DNA of 64,000 nucleotides from Lama glama (Eukaryota). The stretch lies in NCBI GenBank assembly GCA_028534125.1, contig CM052817.1, positions 63,986,001 through 64,050,000 on the forward strand, written 5' to 3'. Of the stretch, positions 1 through 13,889 are shown piece by piece. The translations under genes and the position numbers were made by a program. A model generated the notes under the pieces. The model did no database searches and was not told where the DNA came from. It worked only from the letters and a program-made list of their open reading frames with translations. How positions within the stretch are numbered: the stretch's first letter is position 1; each line of letters begins with the position of its first letter.

Positions 1-2514
1 TGGCAATGGCCCCTAACAAGAACAGACTTTCTAGAGAGCCCCACTCCAGAAAGCTTTGGGATGCCACAACAAAACCCAAAATAAGCTGGAACAGCACTTA
101 ATTCCTACTATATAAGAACATCTTTTACTTTCTAGAACTTCCCACTAAAAATCAGCCCTCAAATATTATAAAATACAAATGCAATAAAATTAAACTTTCC
201 CTTCTACACCTACTTCGTTTAAAGAATTAAATTGGGACCAAAACAATCTCTGACAGAAATTTGATGTTTGCATAAAGTGAAACGGGACCTTTGTTGATTC
301 TTTTTTCATACACACAATCTCAAAGAGAAGCTGAATTATAGTTTTTCTAAAGGTTTCCCCTGCTTTAATTTTAGTAAATCTCTTTGTTCCTTGCTTGGGG
401 TGGTAGAGGGTGTTGGAGTTGAGGATAGAAAACCAGGGTGTTACATACTATGTCCAAATAAGATTCAGACATATTTTGGAATGTCTAATGAACTATTAGT
501 GCAAATCAACCAGATGAACGTGAAAACTAATCCTACAAGGCGCAGTTAGTCATGATGACCCACACCTAGTAAGGAAATCTTACTGTTAAAAAAGTAGCTA
601 ACTACTGGGTGTTTTCTGTTGACTGGATTTGCCTTCTAACAGACAATCCCCACTGGATTTTATGCCTGTGTCTTGTAGAGTAGGGGCGATGACAAAAATC
701 TCAAAGACCCCGTTTCATTAAAACAGTGGTAAAAATCAGTGCTACCTCTAGAGCACTCTGTCCAATAGAGTATAACACAAAGAGAGAAGAGCCAATCTCC
801 CCACCATCACCTCAGCTCATCATGCAGCTTCAGCTGTGATGGAGGACACTGGTGGAAATGCCCAAGAGAGAGCAGCATCTGGCAAGAGACTGAAATGCCT
901 AGAGGAGCAGAAGCTGCCTATTATAATGTCGCCACGTTAGATATTTTACATATTTCAGACAGGAGCATACCTAATATGCTGATTTACTATAACACAGATT
1001 TTTAAAAAGAACATCAGTATTTTAAAACAGAGGATTTTGACAAATCATCTTTAATATATTTTTATAGCTTAAAAAAATATGTATTATGGTTTTATATTAA
1101 TTTTTTAACACAGCATTTCAGGACCTCTAGTAGAATTATGTCCAAGAAGCTTTCTTCAGGTTAATTTAGATTATTGTGATTTTTGTGGTTCAACTATTTC
1201 TTAAGGTAATCCAGTAGAAGGGAAGATTACACATACACAGATAAATACACACCACTCAAGACAACAGCAAAATCCGTTTTCTGTGTATACACTAAAATTC
1301 ATTTCATTAAACCATGGAACTACTTAACTCACTAACCTCTGCAGTTCTTAGGTAAATGTTCCATCAGAAATTTAATCTAAAAGCCTTTTTAAAATACAGA
1401 CAGAAAATAAAGAATAAACAGATGTAGTCTTAACTCTAAATCACACTCTCCTTATATCAAGTGTTGACAATACCATCTTCAAGGTCACTGTCAACTTGGA
1501 AAATCATTAACAAATAAAATATGACTTAATTGAAGCAAACTCAGCATGGAGCTGCATTATTTCAAGTGAATGTTGTAATATAACTTGAAGAAGAATTGCT
1601 AACTGCCACTTTCATTGACAATGAAATAAATGAAGGGGCTATGCAACTCTCCCCACCATGTCTTTTGCATAATTAAGTATAAAAATAGAATTTGTGAAGA
1701 ATTAAAAGTCCCAAAGTGCACCAGTTCCAACACTAATGGACCATATTCCAGTGTGGCAGTTCCCAGCATGTTATCATTAGCAAATATATCAGTGTCATAA
1801 TTCCAATCGCAAACTTTGCTTGGGAAATTCACCTCTGAAAAATAGATTTCTAATGGCTACCTGGGCTCTTCTTAAAAAAAAAAAAAAAACAGAGAGAGAG
1901 AAGCTAAATTTTATAATTCAAAATGTTATACAAAATAATTTATATAGAGAATTTCTCTTTACAGACTAAATATAGCTAAAAATTATTTGTTAGCTAGAGT
2001 CTCATACAACTCTTCATTTCAGAGTTGCTTCTTTATTTAAGCTATATAAGATACTTTCACAGATGTTATCTAAACCGTTCAGGGAAGAACCACTATAATT
2101 AACTATCTGTTGGATTATTTTCTCAAATTTTCTATTAATATTTACATCTGGAAATTGAGCCCACATTAGTATTATCTCAAAAAGCAGCTAAAGAGATACG
2201 AGAATTATCAGAAATTTGGATGATACTTGAATTAACATTACTACAGTATTAATTTCACAGTAGTCTGTGAGAACCTGTGGTTTTTGTTTTTGTTTTGTTT
2301 TTTTCCTTGCAGGAAAAAAGTAAGAAAATGAAGCCTTCAGCTATTAAGTTCTGCTGCCCTCTCTCTAGTTCTCTCAAATTCAAGATGGAGATTTCAGAAA
2401 ATACCACAATTCAGTTCAAAGTAAGTTTTATTGAATCTTCTTGAATATTAACAACTATGTCTTTAACTTACATGTAAATCTGTTTTTACATGTTTTCTTA
2501 AATTCAATCTAGAT

Positions 2515-2574
2515 TTTTATTCTAATAAATACAAGTTTTATTCTAATAAATACAAGTATTCTAATAAATATAAG
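2515..2574. repeat. Short tandem duplication, about 2.9 copies of TTTTATTCTAATAAATACAAG
   Basis: Copies at 2515-2535, 2536-2556 and a partial copy at 2557-2574. Confidence 0.9.
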
Positions 2575-2969
2575 GATTGGCTCAATAATTACTAAAATAG
2601 GTCATCAAGTTAGATCTATCAAAACTGTAGAATAAATTTTGTCTTCTATTGAACAATAATTTAGCCAGAAAGAACCAAATTTTATATGTCAAAGTAACGT
2701 TTATTCACAAGTGAAAAAGATTTTGTATACTTGGAAAACTTGGAGGCATTATTTTGGCCTTCTAATAGATGATACATTATTCTGAAACAAATAAAGAGTA
2801 TACATAAAAATATAATTTTAAAGGAAGAATAATATTTTGAGATTTAAATTAAGAGTAATCAGAGAACTGCTTAAGCTAAGGCCAAGGTTCTATGACTACT
2901 GTGGGAAAAAAAAATTGCTAGTTTCAATATGTTAGATCAAAGATTTTCCCTGGATATTTTGGATAAAGC

Positions 2970-3068
2970 AGAGAGAGCTTAAGTAACTTGGTCAAGGACA
3001 AATAATTATTAAGTAGCAAAAGCCAAGAGATAAACCCAGGTAGTCTGGTTCCATTACACTACCTCTCA
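2970..3068 (-). mobile_element. MIR SINE fragment
   Basis: ttaagtaacttggtcaaggac...aaacccaggtagtctgg is the reverse complement of the MIR core. Confidence 0.7.
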
Positions 3069-3690
3069 TAATTGTCCTTTACCGTGGACAGAATATACTG
3101 ATATTAGACCACAGGACTTCTATAAATTTCATTGTAATTTTTACAGAATTATCTCCATTGTTCTTCTAAGCATACCTTACTCAAATATCTAAGATACTGG
3201 CACTGTCTGTTGATATAAATTAATTACTTTGGTATTATTAACAGGATGATAGGATAGCCAAGGCCTGGAAAACTAGGTATGGCATGAGGGAGAGCAAAAT
3301 ACTCCTGGGACAAAAAAATCCACATCCAGAAAGAAATGGGAATTCTCAGGGCGTGAACGGGAGACATTCTGTAACTTACAATATCCTTACTCTCCATTTA
3401 CCTGAGGTAAGTTAGTTCTTCTTAAGTTTTATAGTATGCAGCAGCCTATCAGGTCTTAAAATATCTGTATTTGAGCATCAAAAGTATCATTTCTAGTGTG
3501 TTCCATAATCAACAAATGAAAAAGAGTTACAAACCAAAAATAATACTGGCTTGTGTATTTCCCTTTACCTTTGTACTTTAAATCTTTAAAGAGAATTTGA
3601 GTTATTGTCTAATGAACTTTCATTTCAGCCTGAAGGACTTCAGTGCTTTTAGAGGGTGTACTAGAGATAAAATCTACCAGTTTATCTGGG

Positions 3691-4160
3691 AAAGAAGACA
3701 AAGACTGAAGAACTGTTCCAAATTAAAGGAATCTGAAGACACAACAGCTAAATGCAACATGTAACAACAGATTGGGCTCTGAACCAAAACCCATTTTTTA
3801 AAAGAATATCATTGAGATAATTAGCAATATTTTTTAAATATCTATAGATTAGATCATAGTATTATATGAATGAATTTTTTCTGATTATGATAATTACACT
3901 GTGATTATAAAAGAAAATTCTTGTTCTTAGAAATTTTACATTGAACTACTTAGGAGCAAAGGGGCATCATGCCTGAAATGTACTCTGAAGTTGCTTAATT
4001 AAAATGATAATATAAACATATATAGGGGAAAATGATAGAGCAAATGTGATAAAGTGTTAACTGCAGGATCTAAGCGAAAGGTATACAGGAATTATTTGTA
4101 TTATTCTTGTAACTTTTCTACCAGTCTGAAATTATTTCAAAATTTAATTTTATTTTTAAA
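3691..4160 (+). mobile_element. Old L1 (L1MC/L1ME-type) 3' end
   Basis: gaagaactgttccaaattaaaggaa...tgtattattcttgtaacttttct pattern typical of the L1MC/ME 3' UTR. Confidence 0.7.
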
Positions 4161-5189
4161 AAGAAACTAACTAGAAGCAATAAATGAATTAGATCTAACA
4201 CATTGCTATAGTTAAATCTAGAAAATACAACGTAAGTAAAATAGCAAGCAGCCTACATACCAGATGATACCATTTACCTAACTGTTTTAAATCATACAAC
4301 AATATATATTGTTATTTATATGTAATAAAGATTTACTGTTTACTTTGGCAAAGGGAGAAGAATAGAGGGAGGGTAACTGGGTAGGGTAACAATTGTAATA
4401 ATATATTTATTTTAAAATGTAGCTAATTAAAGTGTGATTAAAATTTTAATATGTGTTATATGTGATGGTGGGTACATGAGTATCTGTTTTTAGGTTTGTA
4501 CTAGCCTATGTGTAATTACATAAATTACAATAAAAATACTTTAGGAAAAAAACAAGTATCTAGGACCCCCAAATGCTCCAGTATATCTATTGCCAAAAAG
4601 CAAATGGTTTCAGAAGATGCTTGAACCGAAACCCAAAGATGGAGACATGTTCAAACAAAAAACTACAGAATATTGGGAGTAAAAGTCAAGCTAAATCCTG
4701 AGAATACCTTTTCTTTGCCCCCAGGTGCCCTTTCAGCCTGTCCTTAAGTCTACCCTAAATTTTTGCCATTTTCCTCACTGGGATTATTTCCTTTAGATCT
4801 CATGAAAATACAAAAATACAACAGGTTCAAAACACTGTTACTTCAGTCTTGTAACTAAGTAAAACCAGATTTATCTATATTCATGGGTAACTCATACATT
4901 TCAGCTGGCTGAATAAAACTTTTGTTCAACTCTGGCCAGGTATGAAATTTAAAATCTGGATGAAATGGATCTGCTACATTATGTTTGGTATTTTAATCAG
5001 AGAAGCTCTGTATTTTTTTTTACAATCAGTTGTGAAGTTTGGTAAATAATACTTACCCTATCAGACTCAAATTCTTTTATAAATAAAATTTTTTCCTTTC
5101 AAATTCAGAAAAAGAATGTCTATGTATTGCATATGCTTATACATTATAGCAGAGACTTTTAATAAGTTAAACTTGTTTCCTCTTTTTCC

Positions 5190-5520
5190 TAGATACAGTT
5201 AGACCGTATTTCCCAGGCTCCTTGGCAGTTATGTGCATTCATGTGCCTGAACTTGAATTCCCAGACCTGGCCTGCAGAAACCCCCACTAGCAGTTCTCTG
5301 TCCTCTTTCCCCTTCTGCCAGCTGGATACAGATGACACCAAGGCCCTTAGACAAGACAGTAACATGAATGGAATAAACCTGGATCCCTGAATCTCTACAT
5401 GGAGGAAAGTCTCTTATCAACTAGAAATGCCCATTTGAATGAGGAAAAAAAGAACTTCTGTTGATTAAGCCACTGAGATTTGGGGATCTATTTGTTACTG
5501 GGTCTATTTGTCACATTAAC
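5190..5520 (+). mobile_element. Old MaLR/ERVL-type LTR fragment
   Basis: tatttcccaggctccttggcagtta...ttaagccactgagatttgggg..tttgttac motifs. Confidence 0.6.
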
Positions 5521-5580
5521 TAAAATACGCATAAACATAAACAATCTTCCAATTGTCAACATGAAATGTATTATACTTAC

Positions 5581-5742
5581 AAATTGAGGTTTATAGTACG
5601 CTGGACCTAGTGTGCTGTCACTTGCAGGTGGAAAATGTTTTATAATACTGTCATCCTCATTAATATGATAACCGTACGACCGTCCACAAGGAATTGAAGG
5701 AACATCAACACTTCTGGAAACTGTAAGTGCCCTTGAAATTTT
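5581..5742 (-). CDS. STPG2: STPG2 coding exon (162 nt, phase 0-0): KISRALTVSRSVDVPSIPCGRSYGYHINEDDSIIKHFPPASDSTLGPAYYKPQF
   Basis: Acceptor tttttttaacag|AAA and donor TTT|gtaagt. Peptide matches recalled STPG2 (SVDVPSIP..G.SYGYHIN.D.SIIK.FPPA.DSTLGPAYYKPQF). The gene continues beyond the left edge of the window. Confidence 0.95.
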
Positions 5743-8290
5743 CTGTTAAAAAAACATACTATATTATGTACTCAAAGTAAGAGAAGGAATGAAGAACCTA
5801 ATATTAAAACTTACTAAAAGACAGCTATTAAATATTGACTTGACTTTTATAATATAAACCAAAAAATTTGTCTATAAAAGTAATTTAAAAGTCAGTCTTA
5901 TCTCTTAACGTAAACCAAGATTTAACCAAATTACTATTAAATAGTAATATAAATCAAATCACTCTGAAAGCCATCTTTGGAGGCATGGAATCTTTCACTT
6001 GGCTGTTATTTATCTTGCTTACTAAAGCAAGTAATACTGATTCCAAAAAACAGGCATTAATTCCTACATCCACATCACCAATCAGCAGTTCAAGGTGGTT
6101 ATGTGCGCTGTGCTATCATAGTATCTGCCGGGCAAAAACAAATTTTATACTTTTCTGTAACATTTCTCGGCTTCATTCTTTCCCAGCTCCTGACTTACAT
6201 CCATCTTACTGGTGCCCTGTATAAATATCCTAATTTTGCAGACTATGTAGCAAGGGAAATATCTATGATATAATGCTAAATGGTAATTAAAAAATATAAA
6301 ATATAACACTCAATTTATGACTATAGCTAGGTAAGCTATGTAAAATTATATATAAATGTCTAAAGTCATATACATGTATGATTTGAATCTGAAAGGAATT
6401 ATGCAAAAATTAACAGAATTATCACTGTTGGAGTCTGAAATTTTAGGGTGATTATCTTTTCAAAATTTCCTTTCACGTAAAATATTTTGTAACTTAAATA
6501 AAAACAGGAAGGAATAACATATGTTAGAAGTATTAGTATAAAATATATCAAATAAAATACTGGCATTTAAATGATTTACTTATCTGAAAAATTATTAAGA
6601 ATGTATTGATCCTACGTAGTTTTTATATAAATAACTAAATGCTATAGTTGAGTGCACACATGTCCAATATACAATTATGTTATAAACATACCATCACTGG
6701 TAGGATTTTTTTTTAACCACTAGAGACAACTATGAAGTAGTTTCAGTGATATTTATGAAACTGGCTACCAAATTAAAACAGGAAAGTATTGAATGGTTTC
6801 CTTCCCATTCACTGCTTTCAAAAAGTATTTGCACGATGTCAAGACCTTCCAAAATGTAGCTTCAACCTCCTTCTCAATCCTCTATTCCTATCACTCTCCC
6901 TTAGATCCTAAATTCCAAATATTCCAAAAGAACTTTGTTCTTCCCTGAACATTATCACACCATTAAATACTTTAAATGTCTTTACTCATAAGGTTTTCTC
7001 CATCTGAAGTGTTTTCTCAAATTCTTTTTAACTCCTCAGTGAATCCTTCAAGATCCAGTTTGACTACGATATCACTATTTCCTCAAAAACTCTGTACTTT
7101 GGACCCTTAGTAAAAAATTTATTATGATATATGTTTATCAAAACAGCATTTCATCAACTGTTTTGTACTAGATTTCATTCACTACTTCCCTGTTAAAATT
7201 ATAGATTCCAAGGAGCAGTGATCTGTCTTCTGTGTATTATCAGTGTCTAGCTTTATGTCTGACACACGTAATTACTCAAAAAATATCTAATAAACACTTG
7301 GCATGCATAAACAGACATTTACTTTGTCCCCATGCATTAAAGAGCTGATATTTAAATATACTTATAAAACTTAACCTCATTGTCATTACACTGACATTAT
7401 TCAACTGAGAACTTAGCACTAAAATATATCCTCCTAAACAAAGAACTGATTAAAATTTAATTAATATAAACTATGTGAAGGACTTGTGTAAAGAGGAGAG
7501 GGAACTACCCTAAACAAACTATGACCAAAATCTGCTAGATTATATTATTTATTTTAAAGGGGTAAGCCTTTGGTATAAAAGTTATTCATTATATAACACC
7601 AATGTACCTTTCTAAACGTGTCACCTGCTGGTCTGCTACACAAATCCTTCACTCCAATCAGAATCATCTTCTCATTGTCCTCCATAAGATCCCACTTTTC
7701 TATCTTTATTCATGAAGTTCTCCATGCCTAGAATGCATATTCTAACCCTATTCTTCAAAGTCAACCTCATCTATAAATCCTCTACAAATTATATCTTCCC
7801 ATAATACAGCAGTCTTCCTTTAAATTCCTATGGCATTTAATTACATGATCATTCATTTAGCACCTGTCACATTTCATCTTGCATTAGTAACAATCTATAT
7901 ATCTCTCTCCCATTTTAAGCTTTTTAATTTCAGGAGTCATGTTTTAAATTCCACTGTATTATTAACAGTACTTAACACAGAGTTTCCTCTTTATAATATA
8001 GAGGTAAACCACTAAGGTAGTTTTTTAAATCTCCCTTACTTTCTATTCACCATAGACATTAGAAGTGATTACAGATTCATCAAAAGCAAGTATGAAGTCA
8101 AATGTTAATACTAAGGTTTATAAACATCAAATACCCATTTAATTATAAACTACAATATACTAATAATACTAATAAACCTACTAATTTTTATAGTAAGTTT
8201 TTTTAAATGTACTTATAACATAAAATATTAAACCTTTTCTATTTTATTTTAAATTTCAAAAAGTCATTAGAAGCATAATTTAAAATCCCC

Positions 8291-8444
8291 CCAGGGAACT
8301 ATATTCAGTATCCTGTAGTAACCTATAAAGAAAAAGAACATGAAAACGAATACATGTGTGTGTATGTATGACTGAAACATTATGCTGCACACCAGAAATT
8401 GACACACTGTAAACTGACTTTACTTGAAGAAAAAAGAAAAAAAA
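8291..8444 (+). mobile_element. 5'-truncated L1 3' end with poly(A), artiodactyl/camelid type
   Basis: cagggaactatattcagtatcctgtagtaacctat...caccagaaattgacaca..A-tail, same family as 21400-21524. Confidence 0.85.
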
Positions 8445-8455
8445 CTACAACGTAC

Positions 8456-8614
8456 TGCCTTAAGACGCTCTTTAGACACCAGCACTTCTCTGTTTATGAG
8501 ATCTAATGTTCCAGGATAAGACCGATCATAGCTTGCTGGTCCTGGACCATCTGAAATAAACGTCTTAAAACGCTTCTCCCGGTTTTGTAGACTATGGCCT
8601 CCTTTTATATTATA
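8456..8614 (-). CDS. STPG2: STPG2 coding exon (159 nt, phase 0-0): YNIKGGHSLQNREKRFKTFISDGPGPASYDRSYPGTLDLINREVLVSKERLKA
   Basis: Acceptor ttttcctctccaatttag|TAT and donor GCA|gtacgt. Open frame of 53 codons continuing from the upstream exon. R-F...GPGPxxY is typical of SHIPPO repeats. Confidence 0.85.
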
Positions 8615-8737
8615 CTAAATTGGAGAGGAAAATATGAAATAATTAAAAGAAACACTCTTTAATTAATATCTATTTGATAAATATTACATATTAATACGAA
8701 CAAATAGTTTTAAAACTCAGCCTAAGAAAGTTAAGGC

Positions 8738-9427
8738 TGTTGACTGAAGACGTTCTCTAATGAGAGAGGATAATGAGAGAATGACAATTATAGCCAACAG
8801 TTTTAACACCGAACTCAAACTAAAATTTACTGTACTTTGAACACTCTGAGAGAATGCAACACTTAGTTTGAAAACAGGAATCAGAGACAAAAGAGTCTCC
8901 AAAGTTATAGAGCAAAAATAAAGAGAGTTTATAGGCCCCTGGAGAATCTGTACCTCTGAAATAAGCTAAAAATGCTCATATTACAGGGAAAAAGCAAACT
9001 TTCCAGGCTTGCTTAGGATTAATCATTTTCATGAAAAACATTTTGGTCACGTTCAGGGATGTTTATGCAGTCTTACTGACAACAACTTGATTCTATGCTC
9101 AGGCTAGTTTTAAACACTGCTTATTGCAGAGAAGGTATGGGGGGGAATCTTCCAAGGCTCTCCACGCCACGTATCTGGATTCTTTAGAAGCAGAAAATTA
9201 TCAACTGGCTAACAGCCAGTTAATTCACATAAAATTCCATCATATTAGTTTCAATAAACAGTCATAATGCAGTCATTTCAAAGATAATTCATATTAATAG
9301 TTGTTGGCATTTGATAAGGGTTTTTTTAAGTTACTGATTTACCAGCAGGACTCTTCACATGGGGTGTACATGGCAGCTGTTCACAACCACTATTAAGTGA
9401 GCCTGTCTCTGGTTTGTGTCTTATTCA
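8738..9427 (-). mobile_element. Probable old ERV1-type solo LTR
   Basis: TG...CA termini (tgttgactgaag ... gtgtcttattca) and LTR-like composition. No clear TSD. Confidence 0.45.
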
Positions 9428-12109
9428 GCTGCAATCAGCTTTTAAGAAATGCACAAAAGAGGTCTTTTTAAAAATGAGTCAAATTATATTCTTAGACAGA
9501 ATTGATTACTGTTTTAATTACTACTTGATTACTGTTTTAATAAGATCACAATTCCCATGTTTAAAGAGTTTGGATCTGTAACAGTAGACTTGAATGCTTT
9601 TGTAAAACATTAGCATTACAAGTTAGATTTTAAAAAATCATGTGAAAAGAAAAGATCTCCTCAAATTGTAATTCTTTGAAAGCCAATGTTATAGTCTCTA
9701 TCATGTGCCATTTATATCAAATACTTCAACAGAAGATAGTAAAATCAACCTAATCTGATTTTTTTAATCTGTGGTACAAATTAACCAAGACTTTTTTTAA
9801 TTATTCATACTTATCAATTCTACTAATTTTATAAAAGGTTACAAAAGGAATTTCCACGTCAGATAAGTGACCTAAAAATTATATTACAAAAAAAGATACA
9901 TTTTATATCAAAACCTGTAAGAAAAAAGTCTTACTACTTTGTGAGTACTGTGCTTTGTGCATATGCTATGGTTATCAGGTGAATTTATATTGTCAGCAAT
10001 CCCCAGCACTACAGGAGGCAGAGCCTCATCGGAAGGGTGAGGCCATGCACTGTATCACATATGCTAGCCTATCATTCAGCTCTAATCAAAAATAAAGCCT
10101 AACTTGGACATCTATTCCTAGGCCTGGCTAACGAAAAATAAGAAGTAAACTATTTATCTGGGAGATCAGCACATCTAAAACCATTCTGTAGTAAGGAACA
10201 AAATGATAACTGCTATGTAGAGACAGGTCAGAAACTAGAGAACAGAACCAGAAAACATAAGTGAAATCTGTACTGACATTTTAGAGTGGGAATCATCTTA
10301 GGAAACAGGATATGTTTGTTCTGTGTGTGACTTAATAAACACATGACTTAGTAAGCTAATTATCAAAGGATAAGAACCTACATCTTGTAAGTTTGATTTT
10401 TCTGCTTATTTCCTTAATTTCTTTTATGTTCTTTCCTACTAAGAAAAATTTCTTTTGAAAAAAATTAACATACTTCAGATATGCTACAGGAAACAAAGGA
10501 AATTATTTTGCCTATAACTGGGCAAGAGCTGTAAAGGCAAAAATTAGACCCCAGCTTTGGAATACCAGTCACAACCATAACCAAAGGAAAGCAACTGTAA
10601 GAGGAAGAGAGAAATAGAGAAGATCAAGTTGGGGCATACAGCTTCCATTCCTAAATGTTCTGCCTTTATAAAAGCTTCGAGCATTCTGTATTTAACAGTG
10701 GAGACAACTATCACAACTACAACCCCCATTTTCAGTTTTTTAAATTTCATTTGAAGTCTCCAAGTAATATTTACTGACCAACTGCTGATAGAAAGCAACA
10801 TTTCAACCTACAGTTCCAAAAGAAAAGTATAAAAATAAATTGTTAAATATATGCATTAATTTCCAGTAAGATTATCTCTTTAATTAGCTAATATACTATT
10901 TACAGAATTAATATGTAACTTATGTCACATTATAAACATATTTACTAATTCAGCTATTTAAAACGAAATGGACTTTATTTTTCAAATATGATAAATTCAC
11001 ACTTCCTGAACTTCTAAAAGTTCTGCAAGAATTTAGCATAAAACTACAAAAAAAAAAAAACCAGCAACTGTGTAAATAAGTAATAAGTCATTTTTTAAAC
11101 CAAGGAAATCCATCTTCTCCTGGTATTTGTTTTTAATTTTAAGAAAAACAGAGAATACTAGAACTCTTTTTTTCTTAGATCATCCATCATACAAAAAAGC
11201 ACATTTTTTTAATTTTTTATTCTTGACATCTAAAAAATGTACCCAATTTGGAATAAAATAAAATTTGACCTAAACTGCACTTTATATTATTTTACATGTG
11301 GAACCAACTATATGAGAATTAAAATAATATTCCAACATCCTGATACTTGTCATATTTAACAAGTTTGAAATCTACATATTATATATTTTACTACATCTCC
11401 CTCTTGGAATACTGGAGTTATACTAGGCTTAAGAAGGGAAATCTTGGTAGAACTAGCAAGCCCATACACCCATAATATGCTGGTCTGATCTGTGAGCCAT
11501 GGAGCGGAAGCAGGAGTGGCACTTCTAATGACCACTATGGAATGTTGTGCTTTTTGTGCCCTAGGCTCTAGTTTTATGGAAGTTTTAAAACCCCAGGGAG
11601 AAGAAGATGTGTTCTCCTGAATTGACAGTTGAAACTACCAACTGGCCATTCCAGGTTCTTTATGCTACCAAGCAGAAAACAAAATAAGCAGGTTTGTGTA
11701 TTGGCTGGGGTGATCAACTCCGACGAGGACAGAAAAACAGGATTAATGGGAGTCAAGAGGAATGTGGTGGAATGGAACCCAAGGACACCCTGCAGAGCCT
11801 CCTAACACCCAGTAAAAATGCTAAGAGCAAGTTTACTTAAAGGTTTAAGAAGTAAGCCTATGAACTAACAGCTCAGACATCTTGGATCTAAAGATTCTGG
11901 TCATCCCACTAAGCCTAGAACTCCACCAGACAAAGTTCTTGATGAAGAGATGGGGACCAGGGAATGAGTAATGGAAAAATCTTAAGCTACCTATAGCTTC
12001 GTGATCAGTTGCAGAAACAAAACAGGTCCCCACCTGTGTTTCCTTGCTTCGTATATCACTTTCTTTCATTTTCCCTCTATTTCTTTCCCCTTTCTATTGT
12101 AAAATGGCA

Positions 12110-12340
12110 ACACTAAGAATGGTTAAAATGTATTGAAGGCCAACTATAATCAGGCACTATTCTTAATGTTTATTAATATATTTAATCCTTAGAAAAAGCC
12201 TACAAAGTTATTACCCCTACTTAATAAGGAAACCACTTAATCTCCTAGAGCCTTGGTGAGTCTCACAGCTAGTTAAGTGGCAGAGACAGATTCTGAATCT
12301 AGGTAGTCCAGCTCCAGAGCCGACACTCCTAACCACTTCT
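12110..12340 (-). mobile_element. MIR SINE
   Basis: cacagctagttaagtggcagagacagattctgaatctaggtagtcc..ctccagagcc core. Confidence 0.75.
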
Positions 12341-12639
12341 TCATAATGAGACATTAATCTCATGTTATAGTTACCATTTAATCTATAAGTTGCAGAATAA
12401 TGAAATAGGAATATGAAAGAACAACAGAAGAAATGGCCTTAATCAGGATTCATTTGGTAGTAACACTGTAATTTCATCTTTGAATGCAGTAGCTAGACAT
12501 TTGTTTGACTGTTTCTGAGAAAGTACACTTTAAAACTGTACATAAAATAATTGCATTTTTAAAAATTACATAAATGGGAAGAAGTGTGTGTATTTTGTGT
12601 GCATGAGAGAGAAGAGAACTGGTCAGTCAAGGGGTGAAA

Positions 12640-13128
12640 TGTAATGGAAATCTACTGCTTTTAACTGTCCAGCATCCCTTCTATTATCTACTCATAATAG
12701 CATATTTGCCACCCTTGGGACAATCAAACCTCTCCTATACTTTGTGGTTTTAAAGGAGCTTCCAAACACAGGAATCCCTGACCCAGGAATCACAGATGTG
12801 GGTCCATAATAACACTGGACCAGATTCTTCCTACTGGTTATTTTAATCTTAATTTAGTCTTTAATCTTTAATCTTTATGCTATCACACATAAAAAGTGAA
12901 AGGAAATTATAGAATTAAGTTACCTAACAGCAGCTTCCCATTGAATGATGCAGAAGTTCTTACTACTGAAATACCTAGAATTATCTTAGTCCTATCCTTA
13001 AGATCTGACTGTTCAATTCCTCCTTTAAGTCTATGAGCCACTCAAGTACTTACCTATGAATTTATTACAAACCTAGTATCTGTCTTAAAAGTCTATTTTA
13101 TTGTTTGCAACCAAAAACCCCTAATGGT
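12640..13128 (+). mobile_element. Old ERVL-type LTR (LTR33/LTR16-like)
   Basis: Starts tgtaatggaaatctactgc and ends ttgtttgcaaccaaaaacccctaa. Confidence 0.5.
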
Positions 13129-13776
13129 TAGAATCATTTCCTTTAACAATTCAGGAAGTCTAATGCAAAAATTAAGGCATCAATGCACAGATCCAGGCCT
13201 CCAACAGGGAAGATAAAGGTCTGCTAGGGTCAGGTAAGAGTCATTATGGCTGAGTGCAAAACTGAAAAGGGTGAAATTTGATGTTAATGAAGACATTGGA
13301 GTTACAGCCACTGTTTCTGAACATGAATAAACCATCGAGGATATTCTGGGCACAGACTCTTAAGACTGCATAGAAAGAGGAGACAATGGCAATAAGTATA
13401 GCTTTAGAGGCTGGCACACAAACCAATTCCTTCACTCTGCTGCCATCCTTATTCTACGTATTTTGACCATTCGTACAAATTTCGTGGGCCTTAATTCATT
13501 CAACAGTCTTATTCTCCCATTCAGGAGTCTCAAGGACCATGAAGCATGTAACAATGGTTTATGTCTTATACAATATACAGAAGAGTGATCAACACCCAAC
13601 CAGACAACCAACACTGAACACATTTATTTTTCTCTTATTCTAATTACAAAATACAGATTGAAGGTGAAAGAAGGTAATATGAAGGGAAAATAAAATATGA
13701 CAAATGACATGTTAGTTTATGAGAGGAAGAAAGCATGACTTTATTAACTCAATTATAGTAATGATTATAAATTTAC

Positions 13777-13889
13777 CTGCACTTTTGAAACATCATAGTG
13801 TCCTGGACCTGGAACAGCTTTCTCAGTGTTAGAAGCAACAGTTAAAGTACTTTCTCTGACAGCCAGAGAAAGGAATGGTGCATAGCCAC
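13777..13889 (-). CDS. STPG2: STPG2 internal coding exon (second coding exon, 113 nt): (G)GYAPFLSLAVRESTLTVASNTEKAVPGPGHYDVSKVQ
   Basis: Minus-strand acceptor tacttttacag|GT and donor CAG|gtaaat. Contains a PGPGxY (SHIPPO/PG-rich) repeat. Peptide closely matches my recollection of mammalian STPG2 (APFLSLxxRESTxTxAS..EKAVPGPGHY). Starts phase 1, ends phase 0. Confidence 0.93.

Noticed and set aside
1599..1832. Minus-strand ORF with a C2-domain-like phrase (VCDWNYDTDIFANDNMLGTATL) and a nearby acceptor-like site
   Set aside because: Lies in an STPG2 intron, does not resemble STPG2, and shows no further C2 features. Most likely chance.
2515..2574. Short direct repeats as a CRISPR-like array
   Set aside because: No spacers, simple slippage duplication, eukaryotic DNA.
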